Origin: Escherichia coli
Lineage (GTDB): Bacteria; Pseudomonadota; Gammaproteobacteria; Enterobacterales; Enterobacteriaceae
Length of the DNA stretch: 64,000 nucleotides
Reading direction: 5' to 3' (one strand)
Assembly: GCF_024502345.1 (NCBI RefSeq)
Contig: NZ_JALDNN010000001.1
Shown piece by piece: positions 38,232-50,791 of the stretch. The translations under genes were made by a program, and so were the position numbers. The notes under the pieces are model-generated. The model was not told the DNA's origin. It saw only the letters and a program-made list of their open reading frames with translations, and did no database searches. Positions within the stretch are counted from its first letter, which is position 1. Each line of letters opens with the position of its first letter.

Positions 38232-38443
38232 GTGTTCCCCGCGCCAGCGGGGATAAACCGGGGCCGACGGTCGCAGTATTGGACCATTTCAAGTGTTCCC
38301 CGCGCCAGCGGGGATAAACCGACTCTTACATGCTTAATCAGATTCTGGCGGATGTGTTCCCCGCGCCAGCGGGGATAAACCGGGCGCACTGGATGCGATG
38401 ATGGATATCACTTAGAATTCCCCGCCCCTGCGGTAGAACTCCC
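38232..38443 (+). CRISPR. short type I-E CRISPR array: 3 intact repeats, 3 spacers and a degenerate terminal repeat
   Basis: GTGTTCCCCGCGCCAGCGGGGATAAACCG at 38232, 38293, 38354; 32-bp spacers; degenerate repeat gaattccccgcccctgcggtagaactccc at 38415-38443; truncated leader 38136-38231. Confidence 0.92.
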
Positions 38444-38463
38444 AGCTCCCATTTTCAAACCCA

Positions 38464-39501
38464 TCAAGACGCCTTCGCCAGCTCCTTCACCAACGGTAGC
38501 ATTATCCGCATAACGTCACGGCAGCGACGTTCTATTCTTCCAGGAAGTGCCTTATCAATATGCTGTTGATTATCCAGTCTTACGTCATGCCAGCTATTTC
38601 CCGCAGGGAATGCGGCTGTTTTTGCGCGTTGCTGATAACCATCCTTATTCCCAAGATTCCAGTTAGTCGCTTCCACCGAAAGTACAGCAATGCCCGCTTT
38701 GTCGAATATTTCTGCGTCATTACAACACCCAGTGCCTTTCGGATAATTTTTATTCAGACTCGGATTGGTCGTTGCGGCTATTCCGTGACTGCGCGCAATT
38801 GCCAGCGCCCTGTCGCGCGTTAATTTCCTTACTGATTCAGGGGTTTTTACACCGCTGTTGAAATACAATTTATCGCCAACAATTAAGTTATCGAGATTAA
38901 TCACCAGCAGCGTATTTTTCTTTTCGGTGTCACTCATCCGCTTGAGTAAATTCTCAGCGCCTAATTTCCCTTCCTCTTCGCCGCTGGTCGCCACAAATCG
39001 AATACCATACTCGGTAGGCGTATTTTTCAGGCGTTCTGCCAGTTCCAGCATGACACCTAAACCTGCGGCGTTATCATCCATTCCTTGTAACGTCAGCCCG
39101 CCGAGATTGGCATCGGCGTCAGCATCGCTCAGCGGGGCGTAAGTATCCAGATGCGCCATAATGATGATCTGCTGCGGCGCTTTGCCTTCATGAGCGGCAA
39201 TCACCGTACTTCCCGTCACGTTATGCCAGCTCTTACGATTATCGCGGGCGGTATAAATATACCGACTATTAAATGTCCGAATATCACTGCGATAACCCAT
39301 TTGCTGAAACTGTTGGCGAATATAATCGGCAGATAACATTTCTGCAGGAGTTCCGGTCATGCGTCCCGGAAAGAAAGTAGCAATATGTCGTGCCTGAGTA
39401 TTAGCAAAATCGCCAGGTTTAGGTGACGAGGCGTGTACGGGGAGAATAAAGCATACGCCGAGCGCCAGGGCAGCGGTACGGTGGCGCAATGCGGAAAACA
39501 T
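38464..39501 (-). CDS. iap: alkaline phosphatase isozyme conversion aminopeptidase
   Basis: 345-aa ORF with signal peptide and M28-type metallopeptidase features; position next to the array and cysD. Confidence 0.88.
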   Translation of the reverse strand: MFSALRHRTAALALGVCFILPVHASSPKPGDFANTQARHIATFFPGRMTGTPAEMLSADYIRQQFQQMGYRSDIRTFNSRYIYTARDNRKSWHNVTGSTVIAAHEGKAPQQIIIMAHLDTYAPLSDADADANLGGLTLQGMDDNAAGLGVMLELAERLKNTPTEYGIRFVATSGEEEGKLGAENLLKRMSDTEKKNTLLVINLDNLIVGDKLYFNSGVKTPESVRKLTRDRALAIARSHGIAATTNPSLNKNYPKGTGCCNDAEIFDKAGIAVLSVEATNWNLGNKDGYQQRAKTAAFPAGNSWHDVRLDNQQHIDKALPGRIERRCRDVMRIMLPLVKELAKAS

Positions 39502-39752
39502 AGTGAGTCCTTAAATACCATGCAAATTTTTTTACCGCCATAGTATGAAACTGCCGCTGCGCTAAAACAATTTCAAATCTTCCTAAACGCCCGAAATCCG
39601 GTGCCTTAAGCACTTTTTGATATTAGCTTTGCCAAATCGTTATTCCGTTAAGGAACTACTCATTCTAATTGGTAATTTCATTCGTTCTCTTACGCTCCCT
39701 ATAGTCGAAACATCTGATGGCAAGAAAATAGCGGTATTGCAAAGGAACGGTT

Positions 39753-40661
39753 ATGGATCAAAAACGACTTACTCACCTGCGGCAACTGGAGGCGGAAAGC
39801 ATCCACATTATTCGCGAGGTGGCGGCAGAATTCTCAAATCCGGTGATGCTCTACTCTATCGGTAAAGATTCCAGCGTCATGCTGCATCTGGCGCGCAAGG
39901 CGTTTTATCCAGGTACGCTGCCTTTCCCGTTGCTGCATGTTGATACCGGCTGGAAATTCCGCGAGATGTATGAGTTCCGCGATCGTACGGCTAAAGCCTA
40001 CGGCTGCGAGTTGCTGGTGCATAAAAACCCGGAAGGCGTGGCGATGGGGATTAATCCATTCGTGCACGGCAGCGCGAAACATACCGATATTATGAAGACC
40101 GAAGGCCTGAAGCAGGCGCTGAATAAATACGGTTTTGATGCCGCCTTCGGTGGTGCGCGCCGCGACGAAGAGAAATCCCGTGCTAAAGAGCGTATCTACT
40201 CTTTCCGTGATCGCTTCCATCGCTGGGACCCGAAAAATCAGCGCCCGGAGCTGTGGCACAACTATAACGGGCAGATTAACAAAGGCGAAAGCATCCGCGT
40301 TTTCCCGCTCTCTAACTGGACCGAGCAGGATATCTGGCAATACATCTGGCTGGAAAATATCGACATTGTGCCGCTGTATCTCGCTGCGGAACGTCCGGTT
40401 CTGGAACGCGACGGTATGTTGATGATGATTGATGACAACCGTATCGACCTGCAACCGGGCGAAGTGATCAAAAAACGGATGGTGCGTTTCCGTACGCTGG
40501 GCTGCTGGCCGCTGACCGGTGCGGTGGAGTCAAATGCACAAACACTGCCGGAAATCATTGAAGAGATGCTGGTTTCCACCACCAGTGAACGTCAGGGCCG
40601 CGTGATTGACCGCGACCAGGCGGGATCCATGGAGCTGAAAAAACGTCAGGGGTATTTTTAA
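39753..40661 (+). CDS. cysD: sulfate adenylyltransferase subunit 2
   Basis: 302-aa ORF, PAPS-reductase-like fold ([12 protein letters not shown]). Confidence 0.95.
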   Translation: MDQKRLTHLRQLEAESIHIIREVAAEFSNPVMLYSIGKDSSVMLHLARKAFYPGTLPFPLLHVDTGWKFREMYEFRDRTAKAYGCELLVHKNPEGVAMGINPFVHGSAKHTDIMKTEGLKQALNKYGFDAAFGGARRDEEKSRAKERIYSFRDRFHRWDPKNQRPELWHNYNGQINKGESIRVFPLSNWTEQDIWQYIWLENIDIVPLYLAAERPVLERDGMLMMIDDNRIDLQPGEVIKKRMVRFRTLGCWPLTGAVESNAQTLPEIIEEMLVSTTSERQGRVIDRDQAGSMELKKRQGYF

Positions 40662-40662
40662 G

Positions 40663-42090
40663 ATGAACACCGCACTTGCACAACAAATCGCCAATGAAGG
40701 CGGCGTCGAAGCCTGGATGATTGCGCAACAACATAAAAGCCTGCTGCGTTTTCTGACCTGTGGTAGCGTCGATGACGGCAAAAGTACCCTGATTGGTCGT
40801 CTGCTGCACGATACCCGCCAAATCTATGAAGATCAGCTCTCATCGCTGCATAACGACAGTAAGCGTCACGGCACCCAGGGCGAAAAGCTGGATCTGGCAC
40901 TGCTGGTGGACGGCCTGCAAGCTGAGCGCGAACAGGGCATCACCATTGACGTGGCTTACCGTTATTTCTCTACCGAGAAGCGTAAATTTATTATCGCCGA
41001 CACCCCAGGGCACGAGCAGTACACCCGCAATATGGCGACTGGCGCATCGACATGTGAACTGGCGATCTTACTGATCGATGCCCGTAAAGGCGTGCTCGAT
41101 CAAACCCGTCGTCACAGTTTTATCTCCACACTGTTGGGGATCAAACATCTGGTCGTGGCGATCAACAAAATGGATCTGGTGGATTACAGTGAAGAGACGT
41201 TCACCCGTATTCGTGAAGATTATCTGACCTTTGCCGGGCAGCTGCCGGGTCATCTGGATATCCGCTTTGTGCCGCTCTCCGCACTGGAAGGTGACAACGT
41301 GGCTTCGCAAAGTGAAAGTATGCCGTGGTACAGCGGTCCGACACTGCTCGAAGTGCTGGAAACCGTGGAGATCCAGCGAGTGGTGGATGCCCAGCCAATG
41401 CGCTTCCCGGTGCAGTACGTTAACCGCCCAAATCTCGATTTTCGTGGCTACGCCGGAACGCTGGCATCCGGTCGCGTGGAAGTCGGGCAACGTGTAAAAG
41501 TGCTGCCCTCTGGTGTGGAATCAAACGTCGCGCGGATCGTGACTTTTGATGGTGATCGCGAAGAAGCCTTTGCCGGAGAAGCGATCACCCTGGTGCTGAC
41601 GGATGAGATCGACATCAGCCGTGGCGATCTGCTGCTGGCGGCAGACGAAGCGTTACCAGCTGTGCAGAGCGCGTCGGTGGATGTGGTATGGATGGCGGAA
41701 CAGCCGCTTTCCCCGGGCCAGAGTTATGACATCAAAATTGCCGGTAAGAAGACGCGTGCGCGTGTTGATGGCATTCGTTATCAGGTTGATATTAATAACC
41801 TTACCCAACGCGAAGTTGAAAACCTGCCGCTGAACGGCATCGGCCTGGTGGATCTCACTTTTGACGAGCCGCTGGTGTTAGATCGTTATCAGCAAAACCC
41901 GGTTACCGGTGGGCTGATTTTTATCGATCGCCTGAGCAATGTGACCGTAGGTGCCGGTATGGTGCATGAGCCAGTTAGCCAGGCAACTGCTGCGCCATCT
42001 GAATTTAGTGCATTCGAACTGGAATTGAATGCCCTGGTTCGCCGCCACTTTCCACACTGGGGCGCGCGCGATTTGCTGGGGGATAAATAA
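40663..42090 (+). CDS. cysN: sulfate adenylyltransferase subunit 1 (GTPase)
   Basis: 475-aa ORF with GTPase motifs [18 protein letters not shown]. Confidence 0.95.
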   Translation: MNTALAQQIANEGGVEAWMIAQQHKSLLRFLTCGSVDDGKSTLIGRLLHDTRQIYEDQLSSLHNDSKRHGTQGEKLDLALLVDGLQAEREQGITIDVAYRYFSTEKRKFIIADTPGHEQYTRNMATGASTCELAILLIDARKGVLDQTRRHSFISTLLGIKHLVVAINKMDLVDYSEETFTRIREDYLTFAGQLPGHLDIRFVPLSALEGDNVASQSESMPWYSGPTLLEVLETVEIQRVVDAQPMRFPVQYVNRPNLDFRGYAGTLASGRVEVGQRVKVLPSGVESNVARIVTFDGDREEAFAGEAITLVLTDEIDISRGDLLLAADEALPAVQSASVDVVWMAEQPLSPGQSYDIKIAGKKTRARVDGIRYQVDINNLTQREVENLPLNGIGLVDLTFDEPLVLDRYQQNPVTGGLIFIDRLSNVTVGAGMVHEPVSQATAAPSEFSAFELELNALVRRHFPHWGARDLLGDK

Positions 42091-42695
42091 TGGCGCTGCA
42101 TGACGAAAACGTCGTCTGGCATAGCCATTCGGTCACTGTGCAACAACGCGAGCTACACCACGGTCATCGTGGTGTAGTGCTGTGGTTTACCGGCCTCTCC
42201 GGGTCCGGTAAATCAACGGTCGCCGGGGCGCTGGAGGAGGCGTTACATAAACTCGGCGTCAGTACGTATCTGCTGGATGGCGACAATGTTCGCCACGGAT
42301 TATGCAGCGATCTCGGTTTTAGCGATGCCGATCGTAAAGAGAATATCCGTCGCGTCGGTGAAGTGGCGAATTTGATGGTTGAAGCCGGACTGGTGGTGCT
42401 GACCGCATTTATCTCGCCACACCGCGCCGAACGCCAGATGGTTCGCGAACGCGTAGGAGAAGGGCGCTTTATCGAAGTGTTTGTCGATACGCCGCTGGCG
42501 ATTTGCGAAGCCCGCGATCCCAAAGGCTTATATAAGAAAGCGCGTGCCGGTGAACTGCGCAACTTTACGGGAATAGATTCCGTTTACGAAGCGCCTGAAT
42601 CGGCAGAAATTCATCTCAATGGTGAACAATTAGTAACAAATTTGGTACAGCAATTATTAGATCTGTTGAGACAGAACGATATTATCAGATCCTGA
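42090..42695 (+). CDS. cysC: adenylylsulfate (APS) kinase
   Basis: 201-aa ORF with P-loop GLSGSGKST. Confidence 0.95.
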   Translation: MALHDENVVWHSHSVTVQQRELHHGHRGVVLWFTGLSGSGKSTVAGALEEALHKLGVSTYLLDGDNVRHGLCSDLGFSDADRKENIRRVGEVANLMVEAGLVVLTAFISPHRAERQMVRERVGEGRFIEVFVDTPLAICEARDPKGLYKKARAGELRNFTGIDSVYEAPESAEIHLNGEQLVTNLVQQLLDLLRQNDIIRS

Positions 42696-42744
42696 GACAC
42701 CACCGGGTTTCCATGCCCGGTTCGTCAAAGTAACAGGATCAAAT

Positions 42745-43068
42745 ATGCGTAATAGCCATAACATTACACTAACAAATAACGACAGCCTTACTGAGGATGA
42801 AGAAACCACATGGTCACTGTCTGGTGCCGTGGTCGGTTTTATCTCCTGGTTATTTGCGCTGGCGATGCCGATGTTGATTTATGGCTCTAACACGCTGTTC
42901 TTCTTTATCTACACCTGGCCTTTCTTTCTGGCACTGATGCCTGTCGCGGTAGTGGTGGGGATTGCGCTGCATTCATTGATGGACGGAAAGCTACGCTACA
43001 GTATTGTTTTCACCCTGATGACAGTAGGCATTATGTTTGGCGCACTGTTTATGTGGCTACTGGGCTAA
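42745..43068 (+). CDS. ygbE: inner membrane protein of unknown function
   Basis: 107-aa ORF with hydrophobic helices. Confidence 0.75.
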   Translation: MRNSHNITLTNNDSLTEDEETTWSLSGAVVGFISWLFALAMPMLIYGSNTLFFFIYTWPFFLALMPVAVVVGIALHSLMDGKLRYSIVFTLMTVGIMFGALFMWLLG

Positions 43069-43261
43069 TTTGTACTTTCCCGTCTCCTCTGTTCATAATT
43101 CAAACCGTAACTAATAATGAGATTATGTTCTGCACGCCCTGGGTATACGTAACAATGGACAAATGTGGTACATTTGCCCGCGTTGTCGCGGTATCCCCAA
43201 CAGAGGATGTAGAGTCGTCTTCGGATGCATGGGATGATGATGCCGTTTTTCAGGGGGCAGG

Positions 43262-43573
43262 ATGGGTAAACTAACGCTGCTGTTGCTGGCTATTCTGGTC
43301 TGGCTACAGTATTCGCTGTGGTTCGGTAAGAACGGTATACATGACTATACCCGCGTCAATGATGATGTGGCGGCACAGCAAGCTACAAACGCGAAACTTA
43401 AAGCGCGAAACGATCAACTTTTTGCCGAAATTGACGATCTCAATGGCGGCCAGGAGGCGCTCGAAGAGCGTGCGCGTAATGAACTCAGCATGACCAGGCC
43501 GGGCGAAACTTTTTATCGTCTGGTGCCTGACGCGTCGAAGCGCGCACAGTCTGCGGGGCAAAACAATCGATAA
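43262..43573 (+). CDS. ftsB: cell division protein FtsB
   Basis: 103-aa ORF with N-terminal TM segment and coiled coil. Confidence 0.88.
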
Positions 43574-43591
43574 ATCAGCCCGGGAATTAAC

Positions 43592-44302
43592 ATGGCAACC
43601 ACTCATTTGGATGTTTGCGCCGTGGTTCCGGCGGCCGGATTTGGCCGTCGAATGCAAACGGAATGTCCTAAGCAATATCTCTCAATCGGTAATCAAACCA
43701 TTCTTGAACACTCGGTGCATGCGCTGCTGGCGCATCCCCGGGTGAAACGTGTCGTCATTGCCATAAGTCCTGGCGATAGCCGTTTTGCACAACTTCCTCT
43801 GGCGAATCATCCGCAAATCACCGTTGTAGATGGCGGTGATGAGCGTGCCGATTCCGTGCTGGCAGGTTTGAAAGCCGCTGGCGACGCGCAGTGGGTATTG
43901 GTGCATGACGCCGCTCGTCCTTGTCTGCATCAGGATGACCTCGCGCGATTGTTGGCGTTGAGCGAAACCAGCCGCACGGGAGGGATCCTAGCCGCACCAG
44001 TGCGCGATACTATGAAACGTGCCGAACCGGGCAAAAATGCCATTGCTCATACCGTTGATCGCAACGGCTTATGGCACGCGCTGACGCCGCAATTTTTCCC
44101 TCGTGAGCTGTTACATGACTGTCTGACGCGCGCTCTAAATGAAGGCGCGACTATTACCGACGAAGCCTCGGCGCTGGAATATTGCGGATTCCATCCTCAG
44201 TTGGTCGAAGGCCGTGCGGATAACATTAAAGTCACGCGCCCGGAGGATTTGGCACTGGCCGAGTTTTACCTCACCCGAACCATCCATCAGGAGAATACAT
44301 AA
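43592..44302 (+). CDS. ispD: 2-C-methyl-D-erythritol 4-phosphate cytidylyltransferase
   Basis: 236-aa ORF; N-terminal [12 protein letters not shown] motif. Confidence 0.93.
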   Translation: MATTHLDVCAVVPAAGFGRRMQTECPKQYLSIGNQTILEHSVHALLAHPRVKRVVIAISPGDSRFAQLPLANHPQITVVDGGDERADSVLAGLKAAGDAQWVLVHDAARPCLHQDDLARLLALSETSRTGGILAAPVRDTMKRAEPGKNAIAHTVDRNGLWHALTPQFFPRELLHDCLTRALNEGATITDEASALEYCGFHPQLVEGRADNIKVTRPEDLALAEFYLTRTIHQENT

Positions 44303-44781
44303 TGCGAATTGGACACGGTTTTGACGTACACGCCTTTGGCGGTGAAGGCCCAATTATCATTGGTGGCGTACGCATTCCTTACAAAAAAGGATTGCTGGCG
44401 CATTCTGATGGCGACGTGGCGCTCCATGCGTTGACCGATGCATTGCTTGGCGCGGCGGCGCTGGGGGATATCGGCAAGCTGTTCCCGGATACCGATCCGG
44501 CATTTAAAGGTGCCGACAGCCGCGAGCTGCTACGCGAAGCCTGGCGTCGTATTCAGGCGAAGGGTTATACCCTTGGCAACGTCGATGTCACTATCATCGC
44601 TCAGGCACCGAAGATGTTGCCGCACATTCCACAAATGCGCGTGTTTATTGCCGAAGATCTCGGCTGCCATATGGATGATGTTAACGTGAAAGCCACTACT
44701 ACGGAAAAACTTGGATTTACCGGACGTGGGGAAGGGATTGCCTGTGAAGCGGTGGCGCTACTCATTAAGGCAACAAAATGA
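44302..44781 (+). CDS. ispF: 2-C-methyl-D-erythritol 2,4-cyclodiphosphate synthase
   Basis: 159-aa [15 protein letters not shown] start. Confidence 0.95.
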   Translation: MRIGHGFDVHAFGGEGPIIIGGVRIPYKKGLLAHSDGDVALHALTDALLGAAALGDIGKLFPDTDPAFKGADSRELLREAWRRIQAKGYTLGNVDVTIIAQAPKMLPHIPQMRVFIAEDLGCHMDDVNVKATTTEKLGFTGRGEGIACEAVALLIKATK

Positions 44782-45807
44782 TTGAGTTTGATAATCTCAC
44801 TTACCTCCACGGTGAACCGCAAGGCACCGGGCTGCTGAAAGCCAATCCGGAAGACTTTGTGGTGGTGGAAGATTTGGGCTTTGAGCCTGATGGTGAAGGT
44901 GAGCATATTCTGGTTAGAATCCTCAAAAACGGCTGCAATACCCGATTTGTGGCGGATGCACTGGCGAAATTCCTGAAAATTCATGCCCGTGAAGTCAGCT
45001 TCGCTGGGCAAAAAGACAAACATGCTGTTACGGAACAGTGGTTATGCGCTCGCGTGCCAGGCAAGGAAATGCCCGATCTGAGCGCCTTTCAACTGGAAGG
45101 CTGCCAGGTGCTGGAGTATGCGCGGCACAAGCGCAAGCTGCGTTTAGGCGCGCTGAAAGGTAACGCCTTTACCCTGGTTCTGCGCGAAGTGAGCAATCGC
45201 GATGACGTTGAACAACGTCTGATCGATATTTGCGTAAAAGGTGTACCGAACTACTTCGGTGCCCAACGTTTTGGGATTGGCGGTAGCAACTTGCAGGGGG
45301 CGCAGCGCTGGGCGCAAACCAATACTCCGGTGCGCGATCGCAATAAACGGAGTTTTTGGTTGTCGGCAGCCCGCAGTGCGTTGTTTAATCAGATTGTTGC
45401 TGAGCGCCTCAAAAAAGCAGACGTTAATCAAGTTGTTGACGGCGATGCGCTACAATTAGCCGGACGTGGTAGCTGGTTTGTCGCAACCACCGAAGAACTG
45501 GCGGAATTACAGCGTCGCGTTAACGATAAAGAGCTGATGATAACCGCCGCATTGCCGGGCAGTGGCGAATGGGGAACTCAGCGTGAAGCGCTGGCATTCG
45601 AACAAGCAGCTGTCGCCGCAGAAACTGAATTACAAGCTTTACTGGTGCGCGAAAAAGTTGAAGCCGCGCGCAGAGCGATGCTGCTGTATCCGCAACAATT
45701 AAGCTGGAATTGGTGGGATGACGTCACCGTAGAGATCCGTTTCTGGCTTCCGGCGGGTAGTTTTGCAACCAGCGTTGTCAGGGAACTTATCAACACAACA
45801 GGTGATT

Positions 45808-45827
<20 letters not shown>
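44778..45827 (+). CDS. truD: tRNA pseudouridine13 synthase
   Basis: 349-aa ORF overlapping the ispF stop. Confidence 0.9.
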
Positions 45828-47189
<1,362 letters not shown>

Positions 47190-47328
47190 AACGTGAGGAA
47201 ATACCTGGATTTTTCCTGGTTATTTTGCCGCAGGTCAGCGTATCGTGAACATCTTTTCCAGTGTTCAGTATGGTGCCTTGCACGGTAATTATGTCACTGG
47301 TTATTAACCAATTTTTCCTGGGGGATAA

Positions 47329-48468
47329 ATGAGCGCGGGAAGCCCAAAATTCACCGTTCGCCGCATTGCGGCTTTGTCACTGGTTTCGCTATGGCTGGCA
47401 GGCTGTTCTGACACTTCAAATCCACCGGCACCGGTCAGCTCCGTTAATGGCAATGCGCCTGCAAATACCAATTCTGGTATGTTGATTACGCCGCCGCCGA
47501 AAATGGGGACGACGTCTACAGCCCAGCAACCGCAAATTCAGCCGGTACAGCAGCCACAAATTCAGGCCACTCAACAACCGCAAATCCAGCCAGTGCAGCC
47601 AGTAGCTCAGCAGCCGGTACAGATGGAAAACGGACGCATCGTCTATAACCGTCAGTATGGGAACATTCCGAAAGGCAGTTATAGCGGCAGTACCTATACC
47701 GTGAAAAAAGGCGACACGCTTTTCTATATCGCCTGGATTACTGGCAACGATTTCCGTGACCTTGCTCAGCGCAACAATATTCAGGCACCATACGCGCTGA
47801 ACGTCGGTCAGACCTTACAGGTGGGTAATGCTTCCGGTACGCCAATCACTGGCGGAAATGCCATTACCCAGGCCGACGCAGCAGAGCAAGGAGTTGTGAT
47901 CAAGCCTGCACAAAATTCCACCGTTGCTGTTGCGTCGCAACCGACAATTACGTATTCTGAGTCTTCGGGTGAACAGAGTGCTAACAAAATGTTGCCGAAC
48001 AACAAGCCAACTGCGACCACGGTCACAGCGCCTGTAACGGTACCAACAGCAAGCACAACCGAGCCGACTGTCAGCAGTACATCAACCAGTACGCCTATCT
48101 CCACCTGGCGCTGGCCGACTGAGGGCAAAGTGATCGAAACCTTTGGTGCTTCTGAGGGGGGCAACAAGGGGATTGATATCGCAGGCAACAAAGGACAGGC
48201 AATTATCGCGACCGCAGATGGCCGCGTTGTTTATGCCGGTAACGCGCTGCGCGGCTACGGTAATCTGATTATCATCAAACATAATGATGATTACCTGAGT
48301 GCCTACGCCCATAACGACACAATGCTGGTCCGGGAACAACAAGAAGTGAAGGCGGGGCAAAAAATAGCAACCATGGGTAGCACCGGAACCAGTTCAACAC
48401 GCTTGCATTTTGAAATTCGTTACAAGGGGAAATCCGTAAACCCGCTGCGTTATTTGCCGCAGCGATAA
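47329..48468 (+). CDS. nlpD: murein hydrolase activator lipoprotein NlpD
   Basis: 379-aa ORF with lipobox LAGC, Q/P-rich repeat linker, LysM and C-terminal M23-like domain. Confidence 0.92.
   Translation: MSAGSPKFTVRRIAALSLVSLWLAGCSDTSNPPAPVSSVNGNAPANTNSGMLITPPPKMGTTSTAQQPQIQPVQQPQIQATQQPQIQPVQPVAQQPVQMENGRIVYNRQYGNIPKGSYSGSTYTVKKGDTLFYIAWITGNDFRDLAQRNNIQAPYALNVGQTLQVGNASGTPITGGNAITQADAAEQGVVIKPAQNSTVAVASQPTITYSESSGEQSANKMLPNNKPTATTVTAPVTVPTASTTEPTVSSTSTSTPISTWRWPTEGKVIETFGASEGGNKGIDIAGNKGQAIIATADGRVVYAGNALRGYGNLIIIKHNDDYLSAYAHNDTMLVREQQEVKAGQKIATMGSTGTSSTRLHFEIRYKGKSVNPLRYLPQR
47524..47622 (+). repeat. imperfect 24-bp tandem repeats inside nlpD (Q/P-rich linker)
   Basis: cagcaaccgcaaattcagccggta repeated about 3-4 times with substitutions, encoding QQPQIQPV-like units. 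Confidence 0.8.
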
Positions 48469-48530
48469 ATCGGCGGAACCAGGCTTTTGCTTGAATGTTC
48501 CGTCAAGGGATCACGGGTAGGAGCCACCTT

Positions 48531-49523
48531 ATGAGTCAGAATACGCTGAAAGTTCATGATTTAAATGAAGATGCGGAATTTGATGAGAACGGAGTTGAGG
48601 TTTTTGACGAAAAGGCCTTAGTAGAAGAGGAACCCAGTGATAACGATTTGGCCGAAGAGGAACTGTTATCGCAGGGAGCCACACAGCGTGTGTTGGACGC
48701 GACTCAGCTTTACCTTGGTGAGATTGGTTATTCACCACTGTTAACGGCCGAAGAAGAAGTTTATTTTGCGCGTCGCGCACTGCGTGGAGATGTCGCCTCT
48801 CGCCGCCGGATGATCGAGAGTAACTTGCGTCTGGTGGTAAAAATTGCCCGCCGTTATGGCAATCGTGGTCTGGCGTTGCTGGACCTTATCGAAGAGGGCA
48901 ACCTGGGGCTGATTCGCGCGGTAGAGAAGTTTGACCCGGAACGTGGTTTCCGCTTCTCAACATACGCAACCTGGTGGATTCGCCAGACGATTGAACGGGC
49001 GATTATGAACCAAACCCGTACTATTCGTTTGCCGATTCACATCGTAAAGGAGCTGAACGTTTACCTGCGAACCGCACGTGAGTTGTCCCATAAGCTGGAC
49101 CATGAACCAAGTGCGGAAGAGATCGCAGAGCAACTGGATAAGCCAGTTGATGACGTCAGCCGTATGCTTCGTCTTAACGAGCGCATTACCTCGGTAGACA
49201 CCCCGCTGGGTGGTGATTCCGAAAAAGCGTTGCTGGACATCCTGGCCGATGAAAAAGAGAACGGTCCGGAAGATACCACGCAAGATGACGATATGAAGCA
49301 GAGCATCGTCAAATGGCTGTTCGAGCTGAACGCCAAACAGCGTGAAGTACTGGCACGTCGATTCGGTTTGCTGGGGTACGAAGCGGCAACACTGGAAGAT
49401 GTAGGTCGTGAAATTGGCCTCACCCGTGAACGTGTTCGCCAGATTCAGGTTGAAGGCCTGCGCCGTTTGCGCGAAATCCTGCAAACGCAGGGGCTGAATA
49501 TCGAAGCGCTGTTCCGCGAATAA
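48531..49523 (+). CDS. rpoS: RNA polymerase sigma factor RpoS (sigma-38)
   Basis: Start at [11 protein letters not shown] (330 aa); sigma-70 family regions 2-4; no premature stop. Confidence 0.95.
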   Translation: MSQNTLKVHDLNEDAEFDENGVEVFDEKALVEEEPSDNDLAEEELLSQGATQRVLDATQLYLGEIGYSPLLTAEEEVYFARRALRGDVASRRRMIESNLRLVVKIARRYGNRGLALLDLIEEGNLGLIRAVEKFDPERGFRFSTYATWWIRQTIERAIMNQTRTIRLPIHIVKELNVYLRTARELSHKLDHEPSAEEIAEQLDKPVDDVSRMLRLNERITSVDTPLGGDSEKALLDILADEKENGPEDTTQDDDMKQSIVKWLFELNAKQREVLARRFGLLGYEAATLEDVGREIGLTRERVRQIQVEGLRRLREILQTQGLNIEALFRE

Positions 49524-49538
49524 GTAAGCATCTGTCAG

Positions 49539-49575
49539 AAAGGCCAGTCTCAAGCGAGGCTGGCCTTTTTTCTTT
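49539..49575 (+). terminator. rho-independent terminator of rpoS
   Basis: aaaggccagtctc-aagc-gaggctggccttt hairpin followed by a T-run. Confidence 0.8.
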
Positions 49576-49643
49576 TGTTTGGGAAGCATGTGTTTTTGTC
49601 GCCTGGATAAGACACGTCAGCCTCCTACCCGGCAATCAGCATT

Positions 49644-50084
49644 CTATGTGCTCATCATCTTGCGCACCAACTGCATAAACAGCTCCTGCTCTTCTACACT
49701 CAAACGCCCCAAAAATTCCTCATCCACGCGGTCACCAATCGGTATCGCCGCAGCAAGTATCTTTTCTCCTTCGGCAGTCAGCCAGACAAAGCGTCGCCGC
49801 TTATCAGCGGCGTCATGTTCACGTCTGACTAAGCCACGATTTTCCATTCTTGCCAACATTTCTGCCAGCGTTGCTTTGGTGCTGACTGCTGCTTCTATCA
49901 GTGCCACCTGTTCGATACCAGGCTTATCAGCAATGGCACGCATCACCGCATACTGTGGTTTGGTCAGGTCAGGTAACTCGTGCTGCCAGCGAGCCGTGTG
50001 CTGCTGAAAAAGCTGTCGTAACTGATGGAACGCTTTATTTCGTAACGCCATGTAAACTCCGGGCAAACTATCTGCCGCTATCAT
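49644..50084 (-). CDS. MarR/SlyA-family transcriptional regulator
   Basis: 146-aa ORF with winged-helix region typical of MarR proteins; divergent from the UbiX-like gene. Confidence 0.75.
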   Translation of the reverse strand: MIAADSLPGVYMALRNKAFHQLRQLFQQHTARWQHELPDLTKPQYAVMRAIADKPGIEQVALIEAAVSTKATLAEMLARMENRGLVRREHDAADKRRRFVWLTAEGEKILAAAIPIGDRVDEEFLGRLSVEEQELFMQLVRKMMST

Positions 50085-50166
50085 AACGGTTTTTCAGTGA
50101 CGAAGGGGATGTTGTTACTTTTCAGTGCTTGCCGCAATGAGAACAGAGGCGTATTTTAATAATAAC

Positions 50167-50180
50167 GTTCGTATACGAAC
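50167..50180. promoter_or_regulatory. perfect 14-bp palindrome, candidate MarR-type operator
   Basis: gttcgtatacgaac, 18 bp upstream of the UbiX-like start codon. Confidence 0.45.
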
Positions 50181-50197
50181 AATTAAGAGAGTAAGCA

Positions 50198-50791
50198 ATG
50201 AAACTGATCGTCGGGATGACAGGGGCTACCGGTGCGCCTCTTGGTGTGGCATTACTGCAAGCGCTGCGGGAGATGCCGAATGTCGAGACTCATCTGGTGA
50301 TGTCGAAGTGGGCGAAAACCACCATTGAACTGGAAACGCCTTACAGCGCCCGCGATGTTGCTGCCCTCGCTGACTTCAGCCATAACCCGGCGGATCAGGC
50401 GGCGACCATCTCCTCAGGTTCCTTTCGTACCGACGGCATGATCGTTATTCCGTGCAGTATGAAAACGCTCGCCGGTATCCGCGCTGGTTACGCTGATGGC
50501 CTGGTAGGGCGCGCGGCGGACGTCGTGCTCAAAGAAGGCCGCAAACTGGTGCTGGTGCCGCGTGAAATGCCGCTTAGCACCATCCATCTCGAAAATATGC
50601 TCGCACTTTCACGCATGGGCGTGGCGATGGTGCCGCCGATGCCTGCCTTTTATAACCATCCCGAAACGGTAGATGACATTGTCCACCATGTAGTAGCCCG
50701 CGTGCTGGATCAATTTGGCCTCGAACATCCCCACGCCAGGCGCTGGCAAGGATTGCCGCAGGCCGGGAATTTTTCTCAGGAGAATGAATAA
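50198..50791 (+). CDS. UbiX-like flavin prenyltransferase (decarboxylase subunit B)
   Basis: 197-aa ORF, MKLIVGMTGATGAPLG start, flavoprotein fold. Confidence 0.85.
   Translation: MKLIVGMTGATGAPLGVALLQALREMPNVETHLVMSKWAKTTIELETPYSARDVAALADFSHNPADQAATISSGSFRTDGMIVIPCSMKTLAGIRAGYADGLVGRAADVVLKEGRKLVLVPREMPLSTIHLENMLALSRMGVAMVPPMPAFYNHPETVDDIVHHVVARVLDQFGLEHPHARRWQGLPQAGNFSQENE

Noticed and set aside
38207-38389. 60-aa minus-strand ORF over the short CRISPR array
   Set aside because: Same repeat-translation artefact (VYPRWRGEH).
49585-49625. REP-like sequence after the rpoS terminator (gcctggataagacacgtcagcc)
   Set aside because: Only a partial match to the REP consensus; more likely a remnant at the junction where the MarR/UbiX module is inserted.
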